DNA from: Chromatiales bacterium
GTDB lineage: Bacteria > Pseudomonadota > Gammaproteobacteria > Chromatiales > Chromatiaceae
NCBI GenBank assembly: GCA_030145485.1
Contig: JAQYVP010000084.1
Coordinates: forward strand, 1,900-65,899
Length of the DNA: 64,000 bases
Direction: 5' to 3'
The translations under genes were made by a program, and so were the position numbers. Shown here piece by piece: positions 40,144 through 50,798 of the stretch (positions within the stretch are counted from its first letter, which is position 1; each line of letters opens with the position of its first letter). The notes beneath the pieces were generated by a model. That model was not told where the DNA came from, ran no database searches, and saw only the letters and a program-made list of their open reading frames with translations.

Positions 40144-42768
40144 ATGGCCGCCAAATCCAGAAAAACGACTGCGAAGTCTGACCGCTCCGGAAGAAAGGCG
40201 CCGACTCTATTCGGGGCGAAGAAAAAGCGTGCGCCAACGAGAAAAAAGCGGGCTTCGACAACGAAAAAACGGGTATCTACAAAGAGCCGGAAAAAGGCTA
40301 AAATAAAAAATAAAAAATCCGTTAAATCAAGGAGAAAACGTCGTAAATCATCATTTACCAAACGGTTTTTAAAATTTATGCTGATCCTTCTGTTCATTGC
40401 TGCAGTTCCTTTGGGCTCATACATGGTGCAGCTCTCGGACGAGATTACCACCAGTTTCGAGGGACAGCGCTGGGCTGTTCCTGCACGTGTCTACTCGCGT
40501 TCCATGGAGCTTTATAGCGGGGCCCCGGTATCCAGGGAGCGTCTTGTTAGCGAGTTGAAGTATCTTGGCTATCGGAAAGTCAGCCAGCCCAACACCACAG
40601 GAACCTGGGCAATGAACGGCGAACGCCTGCTGCTTCGCAGCCGCCCTTTTACATTCTGGGATGGCGCCGAGCCCGAGCGCGCACTGGATATCCGTGTTGG
40701 CGGTGGAAAGATCAAAGCCGTCATAAATCATACTAGCGGAAAAGAGATCGACCTGGTGCGCCTCGAGCCACTCGAAATCGGCAGTATCTATCCACGTGAC
40801 AATGAAGACCGCGTGATTCTGTCGCCGGATGATATCCCCGAGTTGCTCAAGAAGACTCTGATTACCATCGAGGACCGGAGCTACTACGAGCATTTCGGCA
40901 TCGATCCGCGCGGCATCACGCGGGCAGCCGTTTCGACCCTGGTCAAGGGGCGGCGTCAGGGTGGCAGCACCATTACTCAGCAACTGGTCAAGAACTACTT
41001 CCTGACACCCAGGCGCGACCTCAAACGCAAGAGTAAAGAGGCGCTGATGGCGATCATACTCGATGCGAAGTATGACAAGGAGGATATCCTCGCTGCCTAT
41101 GCCAACGAAATCTACCTTGGACAGGATGGCAATCGCGAAATCCATGGCTTTGGCCTGGCCAGTGAATTTTTCTTCGGTGTACCGTTGGCCGAGCTCCAAA
41201 TTCACCAGATTGCACTGATGGTGGGACTTATCAAGGCTCCATCCACCTATAACCCCAGGCGAAACCCGGAAAATGCAATGAAACGCCGCAACCTGGTTCT
41301 GGATGTTCTTGCCGAGCAGGGAGTGATCAGTGAGGGCAGCGCTGCTGTCGCCAAGGAGAAGTCTCTGGGCGTGGTGAAAAAGAAATCCAGCGGCCAGGGT
41401 GGGCGTTTTCCTGCTTTTATGGATCTTGTGAAACGTCAGTTGCGGCGTGATTACCAGCCTGAAGATTTAAGCTCTGAAGGGCTGCACATTTTCACTACGA
41501 TGGATCCCTGGGTGCAGAAAACTGCCGAGAATAATGTCCTCAAGCGTCTTCAGCGGCTGGAGAAGCAAAAAGGGCTGCCGAGAGGTAAGCTGGAGGTGGC
41601 TGCAATCATAGCCACCCCGCAGGATGGCGAGGTTCTGGCTGTCATTGGCGGGCGCAAAGCCGGTTATGCAGGGTTTAACCGCGCACTGGATGCGACGCGC
41701 CAGATTGGCTCTCTGGTGAAGCCGGCAGTCTATTTGACAGCGCTGCAATATCCCGACCGCTATGCGCTCTCCACGCCGCTGGATGACAGCAAGGTGGTGC
41801 TGCACAATCGTGGCAGCAAGAGTTGGAGTCCCTCCAACTATGATCACAAGAGTCACGGCGATGTGCCTCTGGAGCTGGCGCTGGCGAAATCCTATAACCA
41901 GGCGACGGTGCGTCTGGGTATGGATATCGGGGTTGAGCGGGTCGTGAAAACCTTGCATGCGCTGGGCATGAGCAGCGAGCCTGATCCGTTGCCGTCCCTG
42001 CTGCTGGGTGCAGTGAACATGACGCCGCTGGAGGTGACACAACTCTATCAGACGATCGCGTCCGGTGGCTATCGCTCGCCACTGCGTGCAATCCGTGAAG
42101 TGATGGGGCCGGGGGACAAGGCCCTGAAGCGTTATCCTTTGACCATCAAACGCACAGTACCGGCCGGACCGGTCTATCTGCTCTCCAAGGCGATGCAGTC
42201 GGTGGTGAGCCGGGGGACATCCCGCTACCTGCTGAGTGCATTGCCGAAATCGCTGCATCTTGCCGGCAAGACCGGCACCACTGATAATTTGCGCGACAGC
42301 TGGTTTGCAGGGTTTTCATCGGACTATGTCACGGTGGTGTGGGTCGGACGTGATGATAACAAGCCGGCTGGTCTCTCCGGTTCCAGCGGCGCCCTGCGTG
42401 TGTGGGCAGATATGATGAAGCCATTAAAGCCTTCTCCACTGGACCTGGTGATTCCGGCCACCATCGAGATGGCCAGGGTTGATCCCGGCAACGGCATGCT
42501 GTTCAATCCGGTGTGTGGCGGCAAGGGTGTGGAAAAGCCTTTTCTCAGAGGCTATACCCCCTATGAAGAGGCATACTGTGGTTCTGATCATCTGATGGCA
42601 CCGGTTTCCGGGCAGAGGAGTTCAAACCAGGCGAGGCGGCCGGGAAGAGGAACCGGGGAGAGTGATGGTCATCCTGATTTTAATGGTGATTCATGGGATA
42701 ATAATCGATCCAGACCGTCGAAAAAGAGTAATGACGGGCTGGGTGGATTTTTAAGGGGTATTTTCTAG
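40144..42768 (+). CDS. mrcB: Bifunctional penicillin-binding protein 1B (glycosyltransferase/transpeptidase)
   Basis: GT51 motifs EDRSYYEH and GGSTITQQ; transpeptidase motifs SLVKP, SYN-like and KTGTT. Long Lys/Arg-rich cytoplasmic tail before the TM helix. Start set at the ATG of MAAKSRK; the ORF-track start is TTG. Confidence 0.93.
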   Translation: MAAKSRKTTAKSDRSGRKAPTLFGAKKKRAPTRKKRASTTKKRVSTKSRKKAKIKNKKSVKSRRKRRKSSFTKRFLKFMLILLFIAAVPLGSYMVQLSDEITTSFEGQRWAVPARVYSRSMELYSGAPVSRERLVSELKYLGYRKVSQPNTTGTWAMNGERLLLRSRPFTFWDGAEPERALDIRVGGGKIKAVINHTSGKEIDLVRLEPLEIGSIYPRDNEDRVILSPDDIPELLKKTLITIEDRSYYEHFGIDPRGITRAAVSTLVKGRRQGGSTITQQLVKNYFLTPRRDLKRKSKEALMAIILDAKYDKEDILAAYANEIYLGQDGNREIHGFGLASEFFFGVPLAELQIHQIALMVGLIKAPSTYNPRRNPENAMKRRNLVLDVLAEQGVISEGSAAVAKEKSLGVVKKKSSGQGGRFPAFMDLVKRQLRRDYQPEDLSSEGLHIFTTMDPWVQKTAENNVLKRLQRLEKQKGLPRGKLEVAAIIATPQDGEVLAVIGGRKAGYAGFNRALDATRQIGSLVKPAVYLTALQYPDRYALSTPLDDSKVVLHNRGSKSWSPSNYDHKSHGDVPLELALAKSYNQATVRLGMDIGVERVVKTLHALGMSSEPDPLPSLLLGAVNMTPLEVTQLYQTIASGGYRSPLRAIREVMGPGDKALKRYPLTIKRTVPAGPVYLLSKAMQSVVSRGTSRYLLSALPKSLHLAGKTGTTDNLRDSWFAGFSSDYVTVVWVGRDDNKPAGLSGSSGALRVWADMMKPLKPSPLDLVIPATIEMARVDPGNGMLFNPVCGGKGVEKPFLRGYTPYEEAYCGSDHLMAPVSGQRSSNQARRPGRGTGESDGHPDFNGDSWDNNRSRPSKKSNDGLGGFLRGIF

Positions 42769-43373
42769 TGAAAACATTGATTCTATTGGCGCTGATATTG
42801 TTTGTTATTCAATTGAGCGGCTGTACTAATTCCACGCCACGCGTCAAGCCGGCGCCTGTTTATCAGCATGGAGAACGTGTTGGAGGAGGTTCCACGAATG
42901 CACTCGAGATGCCTGAAATCGGAACAGAAGATGGTGGTGAATTTGGCCAGGAGCCAGGGGAGCAGTATCGGGTCAGCGAACTCGCAGACGAGGTTCCGCA
43001 GGCGCCGACAGACTCTCCCGTGACGGACCTGGGCGGTAGCTCTACAGCCATCGGGGGGGAGCAGGTTGCCTATGCAGGGTCGGCTGAATCCGGCGCATCC
43101 ATGGGCAAGGCGGCGAACTCACTGCTGGAGAAGGCTGAAGCCCAGCAGCAGGCTGGTGATCTCAGCGGCGCGGCATCCACACTGGAGCGGGCTGTACGTA
43201 TCGAATCACGCAATCCACTGCTGTGGAATCGTCTCGCAAATGTGCGGCTGGAGCAGGGGCACAGTGATCTGGCAGTCGAGTTTGCATCAAAATCGAATGA
43301 ATTTGCAGGCTCTGATGAGGCTCTGAAGCAGAATAACTCCCAGATTATCAACAAGGCGGATGCTCCGAGGTGA
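42768..43373 (+). CDS. Lipoprotein with disordered linker and C-terminal TPR (LpoP-like candidate PBP1B activator)
   Basis: Lipobox LSGC, a Gly/Glu/Pro-rich linker and a C-terminal TPR-like helical pair. Start overlaps the mrcB stop. Confidence 0.5.
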   Translation: MKTLILLALILFVIQLSGCTNSTPRVKPAPVYQHGERVGGGSTNALEMPEIGTEDGGEFGQEPGEQYRVSELADEVPQAPTDSPVTDLGGSSTAIGGEQVAYAGSAESGASMGKAANSLLEKAEAQQQAGDLSGAASTLERAVRIESRNPLLWNRLANVRLEQGHSDLAVEFASKSNEFAGSDEALKQNNSQIINKADAPR

Positions 43374-43406
43374 TTTTGCGGCTAATCTCCTTTTACGCGG
43401 TGACGC

Positions 43407-44480
43407 ATGTCGGTTAATCTGCTCGACCTGGATCGAGGTGGACTTGAGTCGCTGTGCGTGAAGCTTGGCTTCAAAGCCTACCAGGGACGCAACCTGCTGA
43501 AGTGGATTCACAAGCATGGCGTGATCGAGTTTGACGCCATGACCGATCTGCCGAAGCGGCTGCGTGAAGCGCTTCGGCAGCACGCGGAGATTCGCCTGCC
43601 TAAGATCGTTTTTGAACAACCCTCCCTGGACGGCACCATCAAGCGGCTGCTCGAGATAGAGGGTGGGCAGCGCATCGAGACGGTCTTTATTCCGGAGGAG
43701 AACAGAGGCACCCTGTGCGTCTCGTCCCAGGTCGGGTGTGCGCTGGATTGCTCATTTTGCTCTACAGCGCAGCAGGGTTTTAATCGCAATCTGAGTGTCA
43801 GTGAGATTATCGGACAGTTGTGGTTAGCCGTGCATCTGCTGAATGAACAACAGACCGTGACGAATGTGGTCATGATGGGGATGGGGGAGCCGCTGGTGAA
43901 TTTTGATGCGGTTGTTTCGGCGATGGATATTATGCAGGATGATCTCGCCTACCAGCTCTCCAAACATAAGCTGACGCTGAGTACTTCGGGTATCGTTCCG
44001 GCAATAAAATCGTTGCGCCGGGTTACCGATGTGTGCCTTGCTGTTTCACTGCATGCAGCAGAGAATCAACTGCGTGACGAGTTGGTGCCCATCAATAAAA
44101 AATACCCCCTGGAGCAGCTGATTCCTGCCTGCAGGGAGTACATCAAGGATGACAAGCGGCGCAAGATCACCTGGGAATATGTGATGCTGGAAGGGATCAA
44201 CGACAGCAATCGTGATGCCCGCGCACTGATCCGGCTACTCGAGGGGATTCCCTCCAAGGTCAATCTGATTCCCTTCAATCCGTTTCCTGGTACGGCATAT
44301 CGCTGCTCCTCTGCTGAACGGATCGAAGAGTTTCGTCAGAGACTAAGGCGATCGGGAATGATTGCAACCACGCGCAAAACCCGCGGAAACGACATCGATG
44401 CAGCGTGCGGCCAGTTGGTTGGCAAGGTGTTTGATAAAAGCAACCGACAGCTGCGCATGTCAATGAGGGTCGGTCGATGA
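43407..44480 (+). CDS. rlmN: 23S rRNA/tRNA adenine-C2 methyltransferase (radical SAM)
   Basis: CALDCSFC radical-SAM motif, MGMGEPL, 357 aa. Confidence 0.93.
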   Translation: MSVNLLDLDRGGLESLCVKLGFKAYQGRNLLKWIHKHGVIEFDAMTDLPKRLREALRQHAEIRLPKIVFEQPSLDGTIKRLLEIEGGQRIETVFIPEENRGTLCVSSQVGCALDCSFCSTAQQGFNRNLSVSEIIGQLWLAVHLLNEQQTVTNVVMMGMGEPLVNFDAVVSAMDIMQDDLAYQLSKHKLTLSTSGIVPAIKSLRRVTDVCLAVSLHAAENQLRDELVPINKKYPLEQLIPACREYIKDDKRRKITWEYVMLEGINDSNRDARALIRLLEGIPSKVNLIPFNPFPGTAYRCSSAERIEEFRQRLRRSGMIATTRKTRGNDIDAACGQLVGKVFDKSNRQLRMSMRVGR

Positions 44481-45049
44481 AGTTGGTCTTTCGCTACTCT
44501 TTGCCGTTGCTGCTGTTGATGCTGGCTGCCTGTGAAACCACCGGTGGCCGTGATCCGGCTACGAATATGATTCGTTATTCAAGTGACAGTCCGGCTGCCG
44601 CTTATGTGAACCTTGCCAAAGCATACCTGGAGCAGGGAGACATAGTTGCCGCACTGGATAATGCAACAGCAGCTGTCAAGGCTGATCGTCATCATGTTGA
44701 AGCGCAGGTGGTGCTGGCATTGATCTACCAGCGCATGAATGATGCGCAATTGGCCGAAAAACATTATGCCAGAGCCAGGAAACTGGCTCCCAATGACCCA
44801 CTGGTGGCGAATGCCTACGGGACTTTTTTGTGTACACAGCGGCGCTATAGCGAAGCTGATTCAGAATTTAACATGGCTGCGACTAGCGTCATGAATCCCT
44901 CTCCATGGGTCGCCTCGACCAATGCCGGTTTGTGCCAGGAGAGCAGTGGTCGATATGCTTTGGCTAAAGCCAGCCTGCGCCAGGCGTTGCAGCAAAACCC
45001 GGACTATACGCCAGCCAGGAATGCTCTCAAGAGACTCGCGAAACGATAA
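44477..45049 (+). CDS. pilF: Type IV pilus biogenesis/stability TPR lipoprotein
   Basis: Lipobox LAAC and TPR repeats. Conserved position between rlmN and rodZ. Confidence 0.65.
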   Translation: MKLVFRYSLPLLLLMLAACETTGGRDPATNMIRYSSDSPAAAYVNLAKAYLEQGDIVAALDNATAAVKADRHHVEAQVVLALIYQRMNDAQLAEKHYARARKLAPNDPLVANAYGTFLCTQRRYSEADSEFNMAATSVMNPSPWVASTNAGLCQESSGRYALAKASLRQALQQNPDYTPARNALKRLAKR

Positions 45050-45226
45050 ATGAATTGATGAAGTGAGGAGTGGCGAAAGAGTGACAAGATGCCAGCTGCA
45101 ACTCCCTGATATTTAGCTATTTTCTTATAAAAAACTGACTGGAATGATCTGCTTGATGTGCGCATCGATAGTTCAGATCTTCCCGGAAACATCGATTCCT
45201 GTGAGGAATCATCAGGATTAAAACAC

Positions 45227-46330
45227 ATGACAGAGATTGACGAGAACGAGAGTGACATCACAGAGGATGAAACTGCCGGCTCACAATTAAAGGCGGCGCG
45301 AGAAGCCGCGAATATGACAATTGAGCAGGCTGCAGAGAGGCTGCATCTACTCAGGGAGACGGTCATTGCACTGGAGGAGAAGGATACATCCAAACTCCCG
45401 TCGCGCGTCTTTACATTGGGCTATCTGAAAAACTACGCGCGCATACTTGACTTGCCGGAGTCGCATTTCGAGGGACTTTTCAATGAAGAGTTGTATGAGA
45501 ACGCAGATATCAGGAGCCTGCAGCAGCCGCGTGCACCTGAACTACGCATCCGCAGACATCAGCCGGTTGCCGCTGGCCATCTATTTGTCAAATTGATTAC
45601 AGCACTGGTTGTGATCGCACTCATTGCACTGCCGCTTCTGTGGTGGAAGGGTGTCATCGAGCTGCCGGATTTGAGTAGTGTGCCATTTCTTCCAACCACT
45701 GAAAAACAGGGCAGTGACGAGACAAGTGGCGATGGCGGCTCTGAAACGCTCTCATTGTCCATCGGAGATGAGCCGGTCGCTCAAACTGAATCACTGCAGA
45801 ATGAGACCACCGAAGCGGATGACCGGCTGAAAGAAAGTGATGATGACAATGTTCTTGAGTTGTCGCTGGGGACCGAGGCTGATGATACAACTACAGAAGA
45901 TGATATAACTACACAAGCAGAGAACGACAATGATATCAGTACAGATACCGCAGAGGCATCAGCAGAAACCTCTGCACAAACCTCTGTAGAATCATCGATG
46001 TCATCCCAAACTACCGGCATGACATCTGTAAGTGATGATGTCGTTGCAACTGATTCCAGCACTGAGACGCAATCAGGCAGCGAGCACAAAGTGACACTTG
46101 ATTTTAGCGATAACTGCTGGGTGAATGTCAATGATGCCGAAGGTAAGATTGTTCTGTTTGGAGATATACCGGCCGGTTCGAGCAAAACGCTCGAAGGAAA
46201 AGCGCCATTTACCTTTGTGCTGGGAAATGCGGAAAAGGTAAAGGTCTCTATTGATGGACGTGCTTACGATATTGCACCGCATATGAAGGGCGGTGTAGCG
46301 CGTTTCTCCCTGGGTGAGCCGGTCGAATGA
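45227..46330 (+). CDS. rodZ: Cytoskeleton protein RodZ
   Basis: N-terminal HTH (GSQLKAAREAANMTIEQAAERL), a TM helix, a long acidic Ser/Thr/Asp-rich linker and a C-terminal beta domain. Start set at an internal ATG. Confidence 0.75.
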   Translation: MTEIDENESDITEDETAGSQLKAAREAANMTIEQAAERLHLLRETVIALEEKDTSKLPSRVFTLGYLKNYARILDLPESHFEGLFNEELYENADIRSLQQPRAPELRIRRHQPVAAGHLFVKLITALVVIALIALPLLWWKGVIELPDLSSVPFLPTTEKQGSDETSGDGGSETLSLSIGDEPVAQTESLQNETTEADDRLKESDDDNVLELSLGTEADDTTTEDDITTQAENDNDISTDTAEASAETSAQTSVESSMSSQTTGMTSVSDDVVATDSSTETQSGSEHKVTLDFSDNCWVNVNDAEGKIVLFGDIPAGSSKTLEGKAPFTFVLGNAEKVKVSIDGRAYDIAPHMKGGVARFSLGEPVE

Positions 46331-47589
46331 AAAAGCTCCAGTCTGTTCGTGGCATGCACGATATTCTGCCGGGTGAATCCCGTTTGTGGCAGTTTGTCGA
46401 AGAGACTGCGAAATCCGTTTTTGATAGCTTTGGATATCAGCAGATTCGCACCCCGGTGATGGAGCAGAGCGCTCTGTTTCAGCGTGCAATCGGTGAGATT
46501 ACCGATATTGTTGAAAAAGAGATGTACAGTTTCGATGATCGCAATGGAGATAGCCTGACACTGCGCCCGGAGGGGACCGCCGGTGTTGTGCGCGCCTGTA
46601 TCGAACATGGACTGCTGCACAACCAAAGGCAGCGTTTATGGTATCAGGGAGCGATGTTTCGTCACGAACGCCCGCAAAAGGGGCGTTACCGGCAGTTTCA
46701 CCAAATGGGTGTCGAGGCATTCGGTATGCAGGGTCCGGATATCGATCTGGAGATCCTGCTGATGACAGCGGGATTGTGGCGGAAACTGGGTGTCGATGGG
46801 GCTGAATTGCAGTTGAATACCCTGGGAACACCGCAGGAGCGGGCAGTTTACCGCCAACATCTGGTTGACTATTTGTCACGCCATCGTGATAGTCTGGATG
46901 ATGAGAGTCAACGTCGCCTCTCAAGCAATCCGCTGCGCATACTGGATTCCAAGAATCCCGAGGTCCGGCAGGTGGTCAGTGATGCCCCGCTGCTGATGGA
47001 GTATCTCGGCGAGGAGTCACGCCGTCACTTTGAGCAGTTGTGTGAGGGATTGCAGCAGGCTGGTGTAAACTATACTGTCAATCCGAGGCTGGTGCGTGGT
47101 CTGGATTATTATGTCCTCACTGTGTTTGAGTGGGTCAGTGATCGACTTGGCGCACAGGGAACGATTTGTGCTGGCGGACGCTATGACGGTCTGGTTGAAC
47201 AGCTTGGTGGCAAAGCGACAGCGGCGATTGGTTTTGGCATGGGGTTGGAGCGGATTATCTCGCTGCTGGAGGAGAGCTCGGCTGCCAATGTGGAGAAGCG
47301 TGCGAATTTCTACTTTGTCGCCTCGGCTGATACAGAGATCAAAGCACAGCTGATTGCAAACAAACTGCGCCGGGATATAGAGAGTGTGCGGATTCTGGCG
47401 AATTGCGGTGGCGGAAATTTCAAATCGCAGTTTAAAAAAGCCGATCGCAGCGGTGCAGATTTTGCCCTGATCCTGGGGGAAGATGAGTTGCAGCGAGGCG
47501 TGGTCGGTGTGAAATCACTGCGCGAAGATAGCGTGCAGAAAGAAGTTTTAGTTGATGATTTATCGAATTATCTGGAAGGTTTAATCTAA
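46327..47589 (+). CDS. hisS: Histidyl-tRNA synthetase
   Basis: 420 aa; class-II aaRS motifs (LRPEGT, FRHERPQKGRYRQF, GGGRYD). Confidence 0.97.
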   Translation: MKKLQSVRGMHDILPGESRLWQFVEETAKSVFDSFGYQQIRTPVMEQSALFQRAIGEITDIVEKEMYSFDDRNGDSLTLRPEGTAGVVRACIEHGLLHNQRQRLWYQGAMFRHERPQKGRYRQFHQMGVEAFGMQGPDIDLEILLMTAGLWRKLGVDGAELQLNTLGTPQERAVYRQHLVDYLSRHRDSLDDESQRRLSSNPLRILDSKNPEVRQVVSDAPLLMEYLGEESRRHFEQLCEGLQQAGVNYTVNPRLVRGLDYYVLTVFEWVSDRLGAQGTICAGGRYDGLVEQLGGKATAAIGFGMGLERIISLLEESSAANVEKRANFYFVASADTEIKAQLIANKLRRDIESVRILANCGGGNFKSQFKKADRSGADFALILGEDELQRGVVGVKSLREDSVQKEVLVDDLSNYLEGLI

Positions 47590-48215
47590 TGAATGAGATC
47601 CTCAGTGATGATGAACAGGTCGAGCGTATCAAGGCCTGGTGGAAAGCGAATGGAAATTCGATTATTGCCGGTGTGGTGATTGGCCTGGGTGGCTTTTTTG
47701 CATGGCAATGGTGGGGTGGTTATCAGGACAAGCTGGCAGGGGAGGGCGCCGAGGCATATGAGCTATTTGCGCAAACCGCCTTCGGCAATGATGTTAAAAA
47801 AACCGATGATGCCATGGCGCAGCTGCAGTCAAATTTTGGCGATACCAGTTATTCTCAATTTGCCGCCATGGAACTGGCCAGGCAGCAGGTCAGTGCGGGC
47901 TCACTGGAAGCTGCAGAAAAAACCCTGGATAATCTGCTCAAATCAGCTGGCAGTGCTCTAAAACCCCTGCTGCAGACACGCCTTGCGCGTCTGCTGGTGG
48001 CTCAAAAGCGCCTCGATGAAGCCGCTAAATTACTGGATTCCATCAACAGTGACGCCTATGCCGCAGAGACTGCAGCGATTCGTGGTGAAATCGCCTATCA
48101 GCAGGGAGATATGACAGCAGCCCGGGCAGCGCTGCAAGAGGCGCAACAAAAAGGTAGCAACGATGAGATCATCAACTACCTCCTCGAAGCGATCGGGCCT
48201 CAGGAGTCGTCATGA
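47589..48215 (+). CDS. yfgM: YfgM-family membrane-anchored TPR-like protein
   Basis: N-terminal TM helix after a short cytoplasmic segment, then a helical periplasmic domain. Conserved hisS-yfgM-bamB order. Confidence 0.7.
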   Translation: MNEILSDDEQVERIKAWWKANGNSIIAGVVIGLGGFFAWQWWGGYQDKLAGEGAEAYELFAQTAFGNDVKKTDDAMAQLQSNFGDTSYSQFAAMELARQQVSAGSLEAAEKTLDNLLKSAGSALKPLLQTRLARLLVAQKRLDEAAKLLDSINSDAYAAETAAIRGEIAYQQGDMTAARAALQEAQQKGSNDEIINYLLEAIGPQESS

Positions 48216-49360
48216 AAACATTGATACGATTGATTCTGCTAACAGCTGCTCTGTTCTCGAGTGGCTGCAGCTTTTTTGGCTTTGAGAAATCTGCTGTCGA
48301 TGTGGCGGAGCTGGTTCCGCTGGCAGGGTTGCAGAAGGCGCGTGTGGTGTGGAACAGCAAGCTTGGAAAGGGAGCTGACGGCAAAGGCGTCAAGCTGGTG
48401 GCCTCTCTGGATGGCGCAACTCTCTATGTGGCGCATTTCGATGGCAAGGTCGAGGCTGTGAGTACTTCCAGCGGCGCATCCTTGTGGAAAACAGATCTGG
48501 ATGTTGAAATTAGCGGCGGGCCTGGCGTTGGTGATGGCCTTGTTATCTCGGGCACTACCGAGGGGACAGTCATTGCGTTGAGCCAGTCAACAGGCAATGA
48601 GAGCTGGCGCACCACTGTTTCAACGGATGTTCCGGCTGTTCCGGTATCGGCTCGCGGCGTTGTCGTAATTCATACCAATGATGGCAAGCTCTATGGTCTT
48701 GATGCTGCAACAGGTGGGCAGCTGTGGTTGTTTCACCGTGCAACTCCGGTGTTGAGCCTGCGCGGCACAGGCACACCGATTATCGAAGGCAGCAGCCTCT
48801 ATGCGGGCCTCGATGGTGGCAAACTGGTGAAGCTGGATCTGATGAGCGGCCACCCCGCATGGGAAACTCCGATCACTTACGCCAGCGGTCGCACCGAACT
48901 CGATCGCGTGGTGGATATCGACGGCTTGCTGGTATTGGGCCCGTCGATGCTTTATGTGGTGACTTACCAGGGAGATATGGCGGCGGTCAGCAAGTCGGAT
49001 GGCAAGGTCAAGTGGCGCACTGCTTACTCCTCCTACCAGGGCGTCATCAGCGACGGCAGGGCGCTCTATGCTTCAGATGCAAATGGCCACATTGCAGCTG
49101 TCAATCCCACAAATGGAGAGCTTCTGTGGCAGCAAAAAGCGCTCTCCGGACGCCGCTTGTCGCCTCCTGTGATGGCAGGCAACCTGATTGCGGTGGCAGA
49201 TCTGGAAGGCTATGTGCACTGGCTCTCACCCGATGATGGCTCGATCGTAGCACGTGTCGAGGCGGTCTCCTCGGGCGTACGTGCGCCACTCGTCTCCCAT
49301 GGCGCTACTGTCTATGTCTATGGCGACAAGGGCGACCTTGCAGCAGTGACCGCGCAATAG
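48212..49360 (+). CDS. bamB: Outer-membrane protein assembly factor BamB
   Basis: Lipobox FSSGC and PQQ-like beta-propeller repeats (G.L.A.D...G...W). Confidence 0.85.
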   Translation: MKTLIRLILLTAALFSSGCSFFGFEKSAVDVAELVPLAGLQKARVVWNSKLGKGADGKGVKLVASLDGATLYVAHFDGKVEAVSTSSGASLWKTDLDVEISGGPGVGDGLVISGTTEGTVIALSQSTGNESWRTTVSTDVPAVPVSARGVVVIHTNDGKLYGLDAATGGQLWLFHRATPVLSLRGTGTPIIEGSSLYAGLDGGKLVKLDLMSGHPAWETPITYASGRTELDRVVDIDGLLVLGPSMLYVVTYQGDMAAVSKSDGKVKWRTAYSSYQGVISDGRALYASDANGHIAAVNPTNGELLWQQKALSGRRLSPPVMAGNLIAVADLEGYVHWLSPDDGSIVARVEAVSSGVRAPLVSHGATVYVYGDKGDLAAVTAQ

Positions 49361-49370
49361 GAGAGGCCGG

Positions 49371-50756
49371 GTGCTTGCTGTTATCGCGCTGATTGGCCGT
49401 CCCAATGTCGGCAAATCAACACTCTTCAATCGTCTCACCCGAACCCGTGATGCCCTGGTTGCAGATCAGCCGGGCCTGACGCGTGACCGCCAGTATGGTG
49501 TTGGCCGCATCGGCGAGTTTCCCTATGTGGTGGTTGATACAGGCGGCCTCAGTGGTGAGACAGAGGGTATTGATCCGCTGATGGAGCAGCAGGTGTGGCA
49601 GGCGATCGATGAGGCGGATCATATTCTGTTTATGGTCGATGCCCGCGATGGCCGTAATTCCGCGGATGAGCAGATCGCAGAACGTCTGCGCCGTACCGGC
49701 AAGGCGATCACCCTGGTGGTGAACAAGTGCGACAGCCTGGATGTGGAGATGGCGAAGGCCGAATTCTATGGCTTGAGCGGCTTCGAGCCGGTTGGAATTA
49801 CTGCCGCCCATGGGCGTGGCGTCAACTCACTGATGGAGGTTGTGCTTGCGACCCTGCCTCCTCCAGAGCCTGAAGATGAAGAGAAAAAAGGCATCAAGGT
49901 TGCCGTTGTCGGTCGTCCCAATGTGGGCAAGTCGACGCTCATCAATCGCCTAATAGGTGAGGAGCGGCTGGTTGCATTTGATCTTCCCGGCACCACCAGG
50001 GACAGTATTCCTGTCCCTTTCGAGCTCAATGGTCAGCGTTTCACCCTCATAGATACCGCGGGAGTCAGAAAGCGCGGTCGCATCAGCGAGGCAATCGAAA
50101 AATTCAGCGTCGTCAAGACCCTGCAGGCGATCGAGGAGTCCAACGTGGTGCTGATGCTGCTCGATGCCCAACAGGGAGTGACCGAGCAGGATACGCATCT
50201 TGCAGGACATGTCCTCGACAGCGGACGGGCTCTGGTGATGGTGGTGAATAAATGGGATGGACTGTCGTCGCCGCAGCGTGAAAAAGTGAAGGAGGAGCTC
50301 AAGCGGCGCCTCTATTTCCTGGATTTCGCCAGCTGGCATTTTGTTTCGGCCCTGCATGGCAGCGGTGTCGGGCTGCTGCTGAAAAATGTGCAGCATGCCT
50401 ATGCCAATGCGGTGCGGGATTTCAAGACCAGCTATCTGACCGAGATCCTCGAGAGCATCGTCACCGAGCATCAACCGCCAATGGCGCGTGGCAGACGCAT
50501 CAAGCTGCGCTATGCGCACCAGGGTGGTAAAAACCCGCCGCGCATTATCGTCCACGGTAAACAGACCGATGCGGTTCCCGCCTCATACCGACGCTATATG
50601 GCGAAGCGCTTCCACAAGGTTCTGCAACTCAGCGGCACCCCTCTGAGGGTTGAATTTCGCACCGGTGGAAATCCCTTCAAAGAGAAGCACAAACGCAGCA
50701 GCAAACTCACACCCGGTCAAAAATACAGACTCAGGAAAAACAGCAGTCGTGACTAA
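49371..50756 (+). CDS. der: Ribosome-associated GTPase Der/EngA
   Basis: Two tandem GTPase domains (GRPNVGKST twice, DTAG/DTGG, NKxD) plus a KH-like C-terminus. GTG start. Confidence 0.97.
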   Translation: MLAVIALIGRPNVGKSTLFNRLTRTRDALVADQPGLTRDRQYGVGRIGEFPYVVVDTGGLSGETEGIDPLMEQQVWQAIDEADHILFMVDARDGRNSADEQIAERLRRTGKAITLVVNKCDSLDVEMAKAEFYGLSGFEPVGITAAHGRGVNSLMEVVLATLPPPEPEDEEKKGIKVAVVGRPNVGKSTLINRLIGEERLVAFDLPGTTRDSIPVPFELNGQRFTLIDTAGVRKRGRISEAIEKFSVVKTLQAIEESNVVLMLLDAQQGVTEQDTHLAGHVLDSGRALVMVVNKWDGLSSPQREKVKEELKRRLYFLDFASWHFVSALHGSGVGLLLKNVQHAYANAVRDFKTSYLTEILESIVTEHQPPMARGRRIKLRYAHQGGKNPPRIIVHGKQTDAVPASYRRYMAKRFHKVLQLSGTPLRVEFRTGGNPFKEKHKRSSKLTPGQKYRLRKNSSRD

Positions 50757-50798
50757 TTTGTATGGCAGGATGCTGAATAATCACGTTCCAGCAACTCC

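Noticed and set aside
46327-46330. Synteny breaks: ispG absent between rodZ and hisS, and kdsD absent upstream of kdsC
   Set aside because: These are simple gene-order differences from E. coli. The junctions are clean (rodZ and hisS overlap by 4 nt) and the genes are probably elsewhere in the genome, so this is not evidence of anything unusual.
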